From Minutocellus sp. GHC0000111 (Eukaryota): 64,000 nt of DNA. This document shows, piece by piece, positions 1 to 12,925 of the stretch. The DNA is taken from NCBI GenBank assembly GCA_977018835.1, contig OZ361256.1, positions 6,696,001 to 6,760,000 of the forward strand, written 5' to 3'. Numbering within the stretch: position 1 is the first letter of the stretch; every line of letters starts with the position of its first letter. The notes beneath the pieces were generated by a model. The model made no database searches. It saw only the letters and a program-made list of their open reading frames with translations, and was not told where the DNA came from. The position numbers were made by a program, and so were the translations under genes.

Positions 1-2627
1 TCTTGATCTTGTTCTTGCCCCTCATCCGGTACAGCAGCCACCGCGGCGTTCCCGTCTCTGCTGCTGTCCCGGCCTGCTCGCCGCCTCCTGTCCCCGAATC
101 GAGACCTGCCGGAAGCCAAAACGGCACTGCCCGCGCCTCCAACTTGTTGTGGCTTTCCGGCGAGCGAGTCGTCACGCTTGCTGGACACTTTCGCACTACA
201 TGTACGACCACCCATGTCCACACCAATATCCCGGAGTGCCTCGGCCTCCTCGGGGGTGATGCGGTAAAATCTATAACCACCTCCCTCGGCGTAGGCCCTC
301 TTCTTGACGTACAGCCACGCATACAACTTCGAATTGCTTTTCGGCACCTTGAAGTGGCCGTGCTTTTCCTTGAACCGCTTGAGTTCCTCAAGCCATTGCC
401 TGAAAAGAACGCTAGTCTTCTTGTCGTTACCATCCATGTCCACACCAATATCCTGGAGCGCCTTTACCTCCTCGGGGAGGATGCTTCTGCTGGAAGTCCT
501 ACCTTCCTTGGCGTAGGCCTTCTTCTTCGCATGTAGCCACTCGTAGAGGCTCTTATTGCCACCCCTCGACGGCACCTTGAAGTGGCCGTGCTTTTCCTTG
601 AACTGCTTGAGTTCCTCGAGGCGCTGGTCGAAACGATTCTTGGTGGTAGCGGCGGCGATACTGGGAGTGACTGTCGCCGATTGCAGAGAAAGGGCGGCAG
701 ACCCGGCAGAGGCCCTGTGCTTTGGCCTCTTTCTCTTGTTGTTTCTAGTACCTTCGTCATTGGCACCGTTGCTCGGACAAACCTTCCATCGCCAGTGGCT
801 GGTGCTTCCAACCACACCGCCATTGGACAAATCCGCCGACGCGGTCCGAGGAATCGTCGTCGATTTCTTCCTCTTCTTCTTGTTCCCGGCACTACTAACA
901 CTGGGAGTCTTCTTTCTATGTGCGACGGCTCCGGGCTTCTTCTTCTTGGCGTTGGTAACTGCAAGACGACCACTGGATGCGCCGTCGTTGGTAGCATCCC
1001 TAACTTGTCTTGCCAGCTGGGCGATATCCGTCATTCTCGCCTTATCCTGGGACGACGGGAAGCCATCGTCCAACAATTCGGAAGAGATGGCATCGATGAT
1101 GGCCTGGAGGACGCCGCGATTTTGCATGATGCCTAGGTCGTCGTTAACGAGGAGAGCCCGGCGGAGCGATTCCGCGGGATTGTCGTTGTTGGTCGATAGC
1201 GAGAGGGATGTCGAGGTATGAGTAGACGCCGGCAAGGTAGAAGCGGCGCCAACGACCAAAGTCTCTGCGGGATTCATCGTTCTCCTCCTCTTGGTACCGC
1301 TTCGGGACGATACGGATGCCGACGCTTGTTTGCGGGGCTTCTTCTTGCTGGCATGGTTGGCTGTGTCTGGGACCTTGGTTGGTCGTTCAACAGCACCACC
1401 GCCAACAACATTGGCATCCGTCCCAACCCACCCATACATCTGGTAATCGTCATAATCCTACTCATAATCATAATACATGTCATCTTCGTCCTCTTCCCCA
1501 TCCTCCTCGGCGTCTTCGTCGTCCTCCATGTGGCCCAATTCACGACGATCTCTCTCGTCCTGTGCGGCAATGCTTTCCAGCACACTTTTTCGACAGCAAA
1601 ATTCGCACAGGCACTCCCGGTGATGAGGTGCGGGAACCCTACCGATGCCATCGTTGGGTTGGTTGGTGGTCGTTTGTGCGTGTGACGCCGCGGCGCTTTT
1701 GGTCGTCATCACGAGCTTCCGACGGCACTCTTTGCACTCGCAGTCATCTGCATGGTCCTCGGTGATTTCCGCCGCTATTTGCGCACGGCAGCATGCCTCG
1801 CACAGACAATCGGCGGGGTGGGCCTGCGCTGTATGCGTTTGCTTCTGCCGCGTCGTGGTGGCATAGTCGGAAGACGACGCAGCAGGCGCCTCCTCCTCAC
1901 GAGGATCGCGACCATTGCCCCCACCATCAGCACCATCGGCCATCAATACCACTCCCATCATGGCCATGTCGGTGACATCCAGGGTATTTCCACCTATGTC
2001 ATCGTCGTCATGAATAGAAGCATGGCTCGTCGTCATCTTCCCCTGGCAGCACATGCACTCGTCGGGATGTGTGGTGTTGGTAGATACGCCACTACCGTTT
2101 TCCTTCTGTGCATCCATTTTATACCCCGCCCCGAAGTGACAATAGGTACATGCGAATTGGATTGCCAAACGTCGCTTCAAATCATTGCGCTCTTCTGCTG
2201 GTACATGTACTGAACCTGGCGGTGGTATCCTCAATTCGAGCACATCTCGTGCTGCCCTTGTTGCTTTTATTTTTGTGGTGGAAACCTCCCTCACCTTCCT
2301 TTTTCGAAGGCCTTCCCCATTTTCCTTCTCTTTGTCCAAATTTCGGGACCATAATCCCTCCAAGGTAGTCAAATACCATCTAATTTAGCCCCATTTCCGT
2401 TCGGCTGGCGCGCGTCGAAGATTTGGCTGACTTTTGAGACGATTGATGGCGATTTCCGCCTGAACTGCTGCTGACTTATTCCTCGATACTAAACGCATCG
2501 TCCGGCCCACACATTTCGGTAAGCCGCCCCTCATCTCGATCCGAGAGGAGAGATCCATCATCTTGAGACTTGACTTGTCACTGACAATCGGGTAGCCTGG
2601 TGAAAGGTGAAAGTAGCAGCACCACAA
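1..2627 (-). pseudogene. Protein with two helicase-associated (HA)-like repeats; long frame interrupted by two in-frame stops; 3' end runs off the window
   Basis: One minus frame runs from 2627 to below 1, with TAA at 2385-2387 and TAG at 1458-1460. Two repeats, RLEELKQFKEKHGHFKVP...LYEWLHAKKKAY...LQDIG (~630-440) and WLEELKRFKEKHGHFKVP...LYAWLYVKKRAY...LRDIG (~400-220), fit the HA domain pattern. A shorter intact gene starting at a Met after 1458 is possible. Confidence 0.65.
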
Positions 2628-2737
2628 GATATTCGCAAGAACCCAAAAACATTATTCACAAGGAGCGAAAGTCCAATCGTCCCAACTCATTTATTTAGAC
2701 TCAATCCCAAGTAGGACGACGAAACGGCAAACGGACA

Positions 2738-5700
2738 ATGTACCTCGGCCGCGCCTGCACGCTGCTGGCCGCCCTGGCGGCGGCCTCCGTGCCATCGCCG
2801 GTCGATGCCCTTGCACAGAATACGAATAACGAGAACCACCATCACGAAACTAGCGCAGAACAGAAGCAGCTGGTTGCGGAGCTCCAAAAGAACTTTCGCA
2901 GGGACGTGATTCGGCGCGGGTTGCAGAAGAAGGCCGCCTCTGCCACTGCTGGGCTGAAGGGAAGCGTCGGCGGTGGTACCAATACCGGCCAGCAAGAGAA
3001 ACGGAGGCGGGACATGGCCCACGCCCTCCAGATGGTGCGGAACCGGCGGCGGAAGCGCCGGGCCCTTCTTCTCGAGGAGGAGGAGGAGGCTCAAGCCGAA
3101 GGCGACTCTTCTACCTCGACGGTCCCACCCTCGCCAAACGCCAAGGCGGCAGCCGATCCAACGGCATCTGCCGCTTCGCTCAAGCGATCCGTCCTCGGCG
3201 GCAGCAACAACAATCGCTTCACCGCGACATCGGCGGAATGTCGACCGACCTCCTCCCTCTTCCCATCATCTACTGCAGAAGATATCACCGCAGCTGCTGC
3301 CGCCCTCCTGCTCGGAGAGATGGGAGACTCGAGCGGCAACGAGGACGTCGGGCTGCTCAACAGTAGCAGCAGTGGTAGCCCCAACAAGCAGGAGGGGTGC
3401 GATGCGACCTATTACGATTGCGTCCCCACGCCAACCTCGTCCATGGGGGGGCACTGCCTCCAAACTCGCAAGGCTTCCCCCTCCTCCTCTCATCGTCATC
3501 TTGGCACTGCCCACGATGGAATCGTCGCCACCACCAACGCCAACTCCCATAACCGAAACCTCCAGGCCTGTCCGGAGGGATGTCCGTACGAAATCTGCGA
3601 ATGCTACGCCTACGACGAGACCACCTCGGGCGTATCCTGCAACGACGCCCTGGTCGACGCCTGCCGGGACGACTCCTACGTCACCTACTGCGCCGAGTTC
3701 GGGGACGAAATGGAGGCCGCCAACCAGCGCGCCTACTGCGACACCTACATCTGTCTGCAGGACAAGGGCATTTTGAACCAAATGTCCGACGACGGGTTCT
3801 GCGACTACGAGCAGCCCGAGTGCGTGGACTGCTACTGCGCGCTGTACCAGGGCATGTGCGAGCACTTTGAAGAGCCGTGCCAGAAGGCCGAGTACGCGGA
3901 TGATTACACCTGCGCGTACATACAGGATGTGTGCGACATTGCCGCGTGCTGCGAGTGCAACAGTGGCGAGATTTGCATCGCCGGCTATGGGTACGATGCA
4001 GTCGAGTGCGATGGTCAAGGCGGCGGCGGTGGTGGTACCACTGATCCTCCACCACCGGTCGAGACGGAGGCGCCGACCGATGCGCCGGATCCGGAGACGC
4101 CCCCCCCGGCCAGTCGGGAGGTGAACGAGCCCACCCCGGCACCGGTCGAGGCACCGACCATGGGTGGTCCGGCACCGACGATGGCCGCCCCAACGGAGGG
4201 GGAGCTGCCCCCACCGGCTCCGACCGACCCATCGTCCACCACCGGCACCACCGGGGCCCTGCCCGACGACTGCACCATGATGATCCCCGACGATGCCGGG
4301 ATTCCCCTCGATCCCAGCGGGGAGTGCTGGACCAGCACCGTGGCCATTGGCATCCGCGAGCTGCTCATTACCCTGGGCATCTTCCCCCAGTGGAACGTCG
4401 ACATGAAGCGTTGCTACAAGATGTGTGCCGAGCAGACCATTGCCATCGGCGTGCAGGTGCCCGATAGCATCCCGCCCATTTACAACGGCGGGGACTACCC
4501 TTTGCCGTTGTTCAACCCCAACGTCTATATTCAGTGTGGAGAGAGTGGGTCCTCTTCTGAGAATTGCGTGCTATCGGGTGGTACCGATCAATTTACTACC
4601 CTGTTCGACAAGGAGCTGCTGAACCAATTCATCGTGTTTCTGCCCATTTTGCTGCCCGACCTGCCTCCCCTTGGCAACCTCCCCGACGACTTTGTCCCCA
4701 ACACCTCCAACCTGGTCGTCAAGGGCCTGACGTTCGCCAACGCCATCGGCCACACCAACGACGGCAGCGCCTTCAACGCCATCAGCGCCGCGGTCAACCT
4801 GTCCAGCCCGGGCTCCAACATGCTGTTCGAGGACTGCATCTGGAGGACGTCCGACGAGCTCAACCCGCCCAGCGCGGCGATATCGATTACGTACCACGAC
4901 AGCGTCCACACCCCCGGATCGCCGTATGCCGGCCTTACCATCAAGGATTCCACCTTTGAGGTGAGTACATTTACAATGTATCGTGTTGTTGTTGTTGTTG
5001 TTGTTGTTGTTATTTTTCTTCATTGTCTTAGATACTCACCGACTTATCCTTGATATCTTTCCCTATCTACAGTCTGGAACCTACGTCCAAGCCGCAGCAA
5101 TGACCAACATCGACGTCAATGATTATGGCGCCGGCCCCGCGAGTGATGGCTTCGAGTTCAACATTGAGAACTGCCAATTCAACGAAAACACCATTGTAGA
5201 GGGCCAAGTTGTCCGCCTATTGTCCGTACCGTCGGGATCCATTCTATCGACCTGCTTCACCGGAAATGCCATTGGATCCAAGTCGCTCGTCAGTGCCGAT
5301 ACCGGCTCGTCGATGGTCTATTCCGACCTGTTTGGCGAGGGCAACAGCGCTCCAGCGTGGACTTGCGATATCACGGACTATTCTCTTGGGGTTGCGCACT
5401 ACGCCACAACGATTGACGATGTTGGTGATGGCACTGTTGAGGTATCGGTCAACGACTGTCCTAACGAGGGCTTCATCTTCGATGCGGATTCCTGTCCTAT
5501 CGGTGATGGAGAAGATGGAGGAGATGCGCCCGCACCACCCCCTTCTACAGCGCCCCCTCCCACAGCCGGTCCACCGCCCGTGGCCACCGAACCGCCACCT
5601 ACCGCAGGAATGGCGGGTGACTGCAAGGTCTGTCCTGATGGCTCAGCTCTCACCACGCCGACACGATTCTCCCAAAGATTTGGCAGTACGTGCCAAGATC

Positions 5701-6341
5701 TTGAAGCGAGCGCAATGGCTTTCATGGAAGGTAGCAACGAGTGCACCAATGCCCACGTCATCTCCGTCTTGGACTGCGGTTGTCCATATGTCCCTCCGGC
5801 CGACAACCCATCCGACGTATCATGCACACTCTGTCCCGATAACTTTGTGCCGATTCCCGACCTTCCGGTGAATCCCAACGACGGTTCGTCTACTTGCGGC
5901 GTCTTTGAGTGGCAAGCACGCAGCTTCCAGGGTCAGCAGTGCCGGGCCATGCAAGCCACCGCCGGTGCGGCATGCGGTTGTGCCAACCCGCCCACGGCAC
6001 CCTGCGAGGTTATTTGTACCAAGGATGTCAACGAAAACAACGAATCTTCGTCGTTTGACATCAAGAAATCGCTCACCGACGCCGTCGTGGGCGACGTCGT
6101 GTGGAAGGGCCAGTGGCTCTGTGGAGAGATCCTGTGGGCCGAGTCGGTAGATCCCAATGCCTGCAGCGACAAGGTGAAGGACGATCTTCGCATGCTATGC
6201 TGTCCAGACGAACCGGTGGAGACACCTGCTCCTCGGCCGACTCAGCCTCCAACTCCGTCTGCTGCCGTATCGTTGGGATCTCGTACTCTGTTTTGGACAT
6301 TATCTTCCTTGGCTGTGGGGTTCAGCCTTTTGTTTGTGTAA
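2738..6341 (+). CDS. Large secreted or cell-surface Cys-rich, Pro/Thr-rich protein, probably membrane- or GPI-anchored; 2 exons (2738-4960, 5073-6341)
   Basis: N-terminal signal peptide; RHL/RNLQ propeptide-like motifs; Cys-rich modules and PT linkers; hydrophobic C-terminus. A phase-0 GTGAGT...CTACAG intron joins ORFs 2738-5053 and 4983-6341. Confidence 0.8.
4985..5011. repeat. (GTT)9 microsatellite in an intron
   Basis: Read directly from the sequence. Confidence 0.9.
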
Positions 6342-6418
6342 TAAGAATAGTTCATATATTGCATAGAAACTACTACTTACCTATCTTAGTCGAATCTAAA
6401 TTTCAGCAGGTCTGGACT

Positions 6419-7329
6419 CTATCTGGGCTGCGTCGTTGCCCCTCTTTCATAAGCATCCGCCAATGCTTTCGTCAATGGTTCAACGATACCTCGCACAGTG
6501 CGCAACTTCCGACCGGCCACTACCCCGACATAGTCAGCAATTTTCCTGCGGAGGACGACGTGTCCACCAAGAAAGTGAGCGGGAGAAAGTGACCTTTCCC
6601 TGTCGGAGATGTGAGAGAAAGTCCCATGAAGAAAAGTGGCGAAGGCAGTATGGTCGCTACAAACAGTTTCTGCCCACTGCAACAATCTCTCGCGTTCATT
6701 GACCATGTTCGACCCAGGCAAGATTCTGGAACCGTGAATTTTAAATGTATCAGCCATAAAGGAAGCACACGGGTTCCCCTCCTTGTCCCCAGGGATGGCA
6801 CCATGCAGTATCAACCACTGGGCTGTCTCAAAGTCTCGATTGGGATGGGACCACGGACACAATGCCAATCGCAAAGGATGTTCATTACCGACATCGGTGA
6901 CCCTGCAAATATCAGCTTGGGCTCCATGATGATAGAGCCACTCGCAAACATCTTTCATGCTATATACCGCAGCAGAAATCATGGGAAACCATTCGATCCC
7001 TACCCCATCTTCATCTTTAAGGTAGGCGCTGTCCCTTGTCGTGGCTCCTCGGGTAACGAGATATCGGCACATCTTGAGGTCACCTGCTCCTGCAAAGTGA
7101 CAGATTGGATTAACTTCCCACCACCCAAAGCCATCGGGTACCTCACATCTCTGACTTCATGAATGTTGTTGGGATCGAAGCCGACCTCCTTCAGCTTCTC
7201 CCTTGCCGTCTCCTCGTCCTCGATAGGGCCGCCGAGGTCGGCCTCGGTAAGCTTGCACTGCTTCGCCTCAGGCCTCTGGTCCACTGCATCAGCATGGTGC
7301 CTGCTACTACCTTCTCCGATGTTAGACAT
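6419..7329 (-). pseudogene. Ankyrin-like repeat protein, family copy 1, frameshifted near 7135
   Basis: The N-terminus (GGPIEDEETAREKLKEVGFDP) is in one frame and EVNPICHFAGAGDLKMCRYL... in another. Clearly paralogous to 10658-11568 and 47165-48085. Confidence 0.75.
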
Positions 7330-7633
7330 GGCGATACTAATGCCGATGGTTCACTAAAAGCAATTCTGTTACGACTCGACTCACTCGCTCGGCCACTCTC
7401 TACGCCCTTTCGACATGTTGCGATTGCCTGCAATCTGCAAGCAATGTTCCCGCCCCCTTTTTCGGATAAAAGAGGGACCCCCCCATTATCGCTGCACAAA
7501 ACGAAATCCAACAAGATTCGAAGCACGAGCTAATCAAAAGATCGCATACCGAATCAATCATGCATTGAATCGAATCGGACAACAACTCTTCTCCATTCAA
7601 CCATTATCCATACATTTGTATGATATAGTTACC

Positions 7634-8755
7634 ATGAAGCCCCCTTCCCGCAGTATCTTCCTTACATTCATTACAACATGTGCTACTTTCGCGTCCCTGA
7701 TCGGCGCCACCGAAGTGGACCCGCCCCCACAAGTCTGTGCCTATGACACCCACACCTGCGAGGGCGGTGATTGCTGGTGCGCTGACCTCGAGCGGGACGA
7801 TGCCATCTGCGGCAAGAGTGATGGCGGGTGGAAGTTCGGCATCAACGCCGAGGGCACATACGGACTATGGCGGCCAAACGGTAAGCTCCTTCGTTTGCTG
7901 GGACGGAACCAGGACTGGTTCTGGATGGAGGTCGACGATTCGACCTGGATGGAGGCAAGCCCATACGACGACGATGACGAGGATGCTTGGAGTATTGGAA
8001 ATGTTTGGTGTGAACACTACAAGGGTGGTCCGATGCTGATCGTAGGAGGTGGTGCCAGAAAAGAACCTGGCGTCGACGATGATGTGATATTTCGATATGG
8101 AGCAGACCCCCCTTACGAACAAATCATGACCATCAATCGAAAAGGAGAGATCCGTGTCGACCCAAAGTGTTACTTCAACGGTATCTTCTCTGCCCCTCCT
8201 AAAAACTGCAAATATGTGCGTAAAATGAAGGATTCCGATGAGGAGTTGGTACGAGACGAAGCCATCTGCGGACGAAAGGGCACGAACGAAACCGAACCAC
8301 CCAACGACGAGAGCTACAACCCATATGACTACTACACAGGATGGAGATTTGGTATCAATAATGCTGGCACTCTTGGGCTTTGGAAACCAAACGGTGAGCT
8401 GGTAAAGGCATATGCCTCTTACCAAGATAGCTTTGTTGTTGGTAAGAATTTTATCAAGTCAATGTCTGAAGATGACCAAGGTGAAACGAAGACAGGGTTA
8501 TCTGTAATGTGTGAGGGTGGCATTGGGGATGAAACTGTCGGTACCAAGCTAACACTTAAGCCTGGGCGGGATCCTCTCATTCAGTTTGAGCCTCGAGAAT
8601 CATCTGATGAGATTGGTCTGGCATCGATTGATCGGCTCGGCAACATCCAGATCGACGAGAATCGCTGTGAGATCTACGAAGTATCGAGCGCAGGGCCGGG
8701 ACCAAAAAATGTCGATTTTTGGGCCCGCAACCCGGACACGGACACATGCATGTAA
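7634..8755 (+). CDS. Secreted protein with two internal repeats; function unknown (lectin-like beta module possible)
   Basis: Signal peptide MKPPSRSIFLTFITTCATFASLIGA. Repeats DLERDDAICG..GWKFGINAEGTYGLWRPNGKL and ELVRDEAICG..GWRFGINNAGTLGLWKPNGEL. Confidence 0.75.
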   Translation: MKPPSRSIFLTFITTCATFASLIGATEVDPPPQVCAYDTHTCEGGDCWCADLERDDAICGKSDGGWKFGINAEGTYGLWRPNGKLLRLLGRNQDWFWMEVDDSTWMEASPYDDDDEDAWSIGNVWCEHYKGGPMLIVGGGARKEPGVDDDVIFRYGADPPYEQIMTINRKGEIRVDPKCYFNGIFSAPPKNCKYVRKMKDSDEELVRDEAICGRKGTNETEPPNDESYNPYDYYTGWRFGINNAGTLGLWKPNGELVKAYASYQDSFVVGKNFIKSMSEDDQGETKTGLSVMCEGGIGDETVGTKLTLKPGRDPLIQFEPRESSDEIGLASIDRLGNIQIDENRCEIYEVSSAGPGPKNVDFWARNPDTDTCM

Positions 8756-8891
8756 AGCCGGAACCATCAAAACTGACAAGAGAGCACTACACATGCATGT
8801 ACGGCATGTGTGTGTAGTAGCACAAATATAGCTCGAATCTAAATAATCTAGTATTATTTTAAACATAACATAACTTAAAAGCACCGCAGGA

Positions 8892-10548
8892 CTAATTTTC
8901 CATGGTTGGATCAGCAGGAGGAGGAGCGATAATTTTCCCATCTATCCGAACCATGCCATTTTCAGTCGGCCTGAAATCCTTTCGCACCCCAACATGAATG
9001 CCTTCACCGTTTCCAAGAAAATCATTGTTGCCTTTTGCAACGATTACCTTCTTTGCAATTCTATGAGCCTGGATGTATGCCGATGCGATCTTCCAGTTTT
9101 CCAGCCCCATCCAAACTTCCTCCGCTGCATCCCAAGTCTGATCTTCTGTCAAAACCTTCAGCCCCTCCCGATCGCGGCTCAACATTGTATGCCGCTTTGA
9201 CATGCAAGGGAAAACAGACAGATCAAGAACATTCATATGGGGCATTTGCGGGGCCTGAGGTTCCCAACGCCATCCCTTGTCCCGACAGTATCCTTCCACA
9301 TATTCCACAAATTCAGTCTCGGCATGGGGCCCAGCATTGTCGCCCTGAAAAATAGGGACATAGCCTTCAAACTTTCCACCAGGTCCGACCAAAGCCTCAA
9401 CATCCGGAAACATCTTGTTCTCAAATAAAGCTTTCAGTGGGAACTTGGGATTATCAAGGGTGCCATGGCTGCATCCAGTCACCGCGCAATCCACAAGGTA
9501 TAGATCGTCTTTCTTCCGAACCACCGGGCCGCAATATTTGATTCTACCATCTGCCTGCCGCACCGCCTCCCTTACCATCTGCCTCGCAATTTTATGCGCC
9601 TGAGCCCGAAAAAGTCCAAGCTTGAACGCAATGCCGCCATTCTCAATGCTGTCAATAAAAGCCAAGGCAGTGACAGCCACCACCATGCACTTGTTGATGT
9701 GATTTCGGTGATATGCCGAGAAGGACCGAGGATCAATACCCAATTCTGCAACTTGCTTGGCATACGATCGAAGAACCAAGCCCCAAAACCACTTCTCATC
9801 GAGCATAATAAGGAGAAACTTGCCACCGCCGAGCCCCCAATTGTTTCGGAATTTCCGCGCAAATGCCAAATGTTTCTCCATCTGATGGGTAGTAAGGAGA
9901 GGGATGATCCTTTCGGCATAGTACCGGAACCCTTCCCGCGACATTATCCACCGCCGTATTGCCGAGTAGGAACACCAAAAGTTGACATCCACCTCCAGCT
10001 CCCGCCAAGATTCCCGAGGATTTCGTATCAGAGCATCAACAATAACATCTCGAATGTATGGCTGCATAGCCAGATGAGATCTCCTCTTCATCTCCCACAT
10101 CGCCTTCTCAGATGCAGGTAGAGCACCATACGCCTTCATCGATCCCGAAAATCGTGCACCATGCTCTGCGCTGGACAGCACCGAATAGTCCACCTTTGCC
10201 TGCTCCCTGCACTTGGCAATTGCAAAGAGACATGGTGCAGTATACCGCCGGGTCGCCGTTGCAAGATCGTCGATGACAGAACGGAAGGCGGCCGAATCAG
10301 ATGAATCATCGGCACTCGTTGGGAAGCAGTATACCGGTCCAAGTGCGACGAACGCGTCCATTTGATTAGAGCCGCTGAAATCTAAAGTCTTATCCGAATT
10401 ATTGTTTCACATGAAGATAAATCAAAATTAGAGTAAAAATAGCCATTTTCTTAAATATTTCAGCATGACTATTCTTCGAGGCGCTTTTCAATCCCCTCGA
10501 AAGCAGTCAAAAACCGGGCGCTCGATTTCTCGCGAATCTGACCTCGTA
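8892..10548 (-). mobile_element. Tc1/mariner-superfamily DDD transposase (intact ORF 8892-10361) with its 5' leader
   Basis: Motifs LDEKWF, QGDNAGPH and QAPQMPHMNVLDLSVF resemble plant/stramenopile mariners; 38 residues lie between the 2nd and 3rd Asp. The leader 10348-10548 recurs at 38271-38478 and ends in TA|CGAGGTC on the minus strand. No matching TIR was found at the 3' side. Confidence 0.85.
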
Positions 10549-10657
10549 CCAGATGGAGTTGATTTGGTGAGAACCATAATATATATGTTCGAGTAAAAAT
10601 GTCTCCTCTTCGAGGGCGAACTCTACCTTGACTATAGTCTATTTACTACTTTATGTT

Positions 10658-11568
10658 TCAGTCATTCCATTCCGACAATGCTTTTTTCAATGGATCGACA
10701 ATGCCTCGCACTACACGCAAATTTCGGCCTTTCATTACTCCCACATAGTCTGCAATTCGCTTTCGAATGCCTTCATATCCACTCAGGGAGCCACATGGCG
10801 GTGCTTGTTGTGCGTAAGATGAGCCTTTGGCTCGGGAGGGAAAATGCACGGTCCCACAAAGGAATACAAAGAAAGCATCATGGTCGTGGCAGATGTTTTC
10901 TGCCCACAGCAGCAACCTCTTGCGCTCAATCTCAGCCTTTTCGGGAGTGAAGCAATCATAACCAAATGTCTCTGTCATGAAATTTGCGTTTGGATTTCCG
11001 TGGATATCTGAAGGGATCGCACCATGCAGGACCAACCACTGCGCCGTCTCAAAGTCCTGGTTGGGAGTATCATATGGGTTAAGGGCGCTCCTCAGTGGGT
11101 TGGCCGTGCAACCTCCTTTTATTTCCCGGCTGATGTCGTTGTGCGCTCCATGGTCATACAACCACTGACAGACGTCTTTCATGCAGTGCACTGCTGCTGC
11201 CGCCATGGGAAACCATTCGACTGAGGCTGCTGCCGCTGCTGCCGCTATGGGAAACCATTCGACTACAACTGAGGCTGTGGCTACTCCGTCTGTCGTCGAG
11301 GCCCCTCGGGCCATTAGATACCGGCACATCTTAAGATCACCTACTGCAGAGAAGTGGCACATTGGATTAACAAATCAGCTGCCATCTGCATCGGGGCAAG
11401 GAACATCAGCAGGTGCTTCGACATCATCGGGATTGAACCCAGCCTTCTCTAACTTCTCTCGTGCAGTCTCCTCATCCTCGATTGGACCGCCGAGTTCGGC
11501 CTCAGTAAGCGTTCGCTGCCTCTTTGCCATCGGCTCTTGGTCAACTCCGCCGCCACCATTGTCAGACA
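10658..11568 (-). pseudogene. Ankyrin-like repeat protein, family copy 2, with an in-frame TGA at 11375-11377
   Basis: Reads ...PCPDADGS*FVNPMCHFSAVGDLKMCRYL in a single frame; copy 1 has Trp at the equivalent site. Also carries an internal tandem duplication, VEWFPIAAAAAAASVEWFPMAAAA. Confidence 0.75.
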
Positions 11569-11865
11569 TTGCGATCAAAAGCACCGGAACAATACTGCAA
11601 TGCCTTAGTATCGATCACTTGTTGACGAGAGGGTCGCTGCCTTGGTCAGAGATTGTTTTGGTAAAAACATGCAAGATTGCGAGATGTTGCAATGTGCTGA
11701 AAATTTTAGAACGACCTGTCCTTCGTCGGGCGTTACGGCGCCAAGGGGGGGGAAGCAAGTCGCTCGCTCTGCTGCAAGGCTGCAAGTCCATCAGTCGATC
11801 CCATACGCCAATTGTCCCATATCGCATCCCCTGAGCTTAGCCGGCGTATTGTCAAAGTTGCCACG

Positions 11866-12735
11866 ATGAGTAGTAATGAAATTGATGGAGGAGTGGAACT
11901 GACCACAACCTCCCTCATCCAAAGACTAGAGGCCAACCTCTCGGCAACTCCTCTGGGCATTGAGGGAATGGACTCGGAGGACGACCCGGTGGGGACCATC
12001 GGTGCATTGAATCGCGATTACATGACCAACCCACAAGATTGGTACGGTGCTGCTCTCGACTACTGGGACGATACCGAGGCCACGGTGGACGGCATGTTGG
12101 GTGGGTTTGCCCAACTTTCGCCATCTGATTTGGCCGCATCAAGACGCTTCCTGGAGCATTTGCGTGATACTGTACGGCAAGAACTGAAATTTGATGTATC
12201 GTGCGAGTGTGGCGCTGGAATCGGACGAGAGACCAAGGGCTTGATTCTGCCTCTAAACTTTACAAGGTGTGATATTGTTGAAGTTTCTGCGGAACTTATA
12301 TCGCAGTCACCTGACTACATTGGCGACCTTGCCTCCAAATGTAAATTTTATTGCTCAGGACTGCAAGACTTTGAACCCAAACCAAGCACATACGATGTGA
12401 TATGGGTGCAATGGTGCATAGGGTATCTCACAGATAAGGATTGTGTGAAATTTCTGAAACGGATGGGTACCAGTCTAACAAAGGGTGGGGTTGTTGTAAT
12501 CAAAGACAATACATGCGTCGAAAGCGCATTCGTTTTGGATAGAGACGACTCATCTGTGACGCGGTCGCTGGATTATCTCCTTGCGCTGGCTGATATAGCT
12601 GGATTGCGCGTGGTCGGCCAAAAGGTGCAAGGGGATGACGGTCACGAGGACGAAAAGTTCCCTGGCAACATTTTCCCCGTGCCGATGATAGCGTTTGAAC
12701 CAACGCCTGTGGAGAGAAAGATTAGTGAGGACTAA
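11866..12735 (+). CDS. NTMT1: Alpha N-terminal protein methyltransferase 1 (NTM1/Tae1 family)
   Basis: YWDDTEATVDGMLGGF, ECGAGIGR, YDVIWVQWCIGYLTD, IKDN, LDRDDSSVTRS. Confidence 0.9.
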   Translation: MSSNEIDGGVELTTTSLIQRLEANLSATPLGIEGMDSEDDPVGTIGALNRDYMTNPQDWYGAALDYWDDTEATVDGMLGGFAQLSPSDLAASRRFLEHLRDTVRQELKFDVSCECGAGIGRETKGLILPLNFTRCDIVEVSAELISQSPDYIGDLASKCKFYCSGLQDFEPKPSTYDVIWVQWCIGYLTDKDCVKFLKRMGTSLTKGGVVVIKDNTCVESAFVLDRDDSSVTRSLDYLLALADIAGLRVVGQKVQGDDGHEDEKFPGNIFPVPMIAFEPTPVERKISED

Positions 12736-12925
12736 GAGGCATAAGCTGCTACGTAGCTAGAATATCATGTCAGCACAACACATGGTAATTTATTTAGTCG
12801 TCCAATATCCCTTTTTTATATATTATAGCAATAAAATTGAATTGGTTTGTTGCAAGGTAATGCATTCGTTCTCTCTCCGAGGAGATGATATGTTCAAATA
12901 ATTATGTGCACAATAGTCATTGGCT

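Noticed and set aside
8760..8891. Expected 3' TIR of the mariner element
   Set aside because: No match to CGAGGTCAGA was found, so the element's boundary is left undefined.
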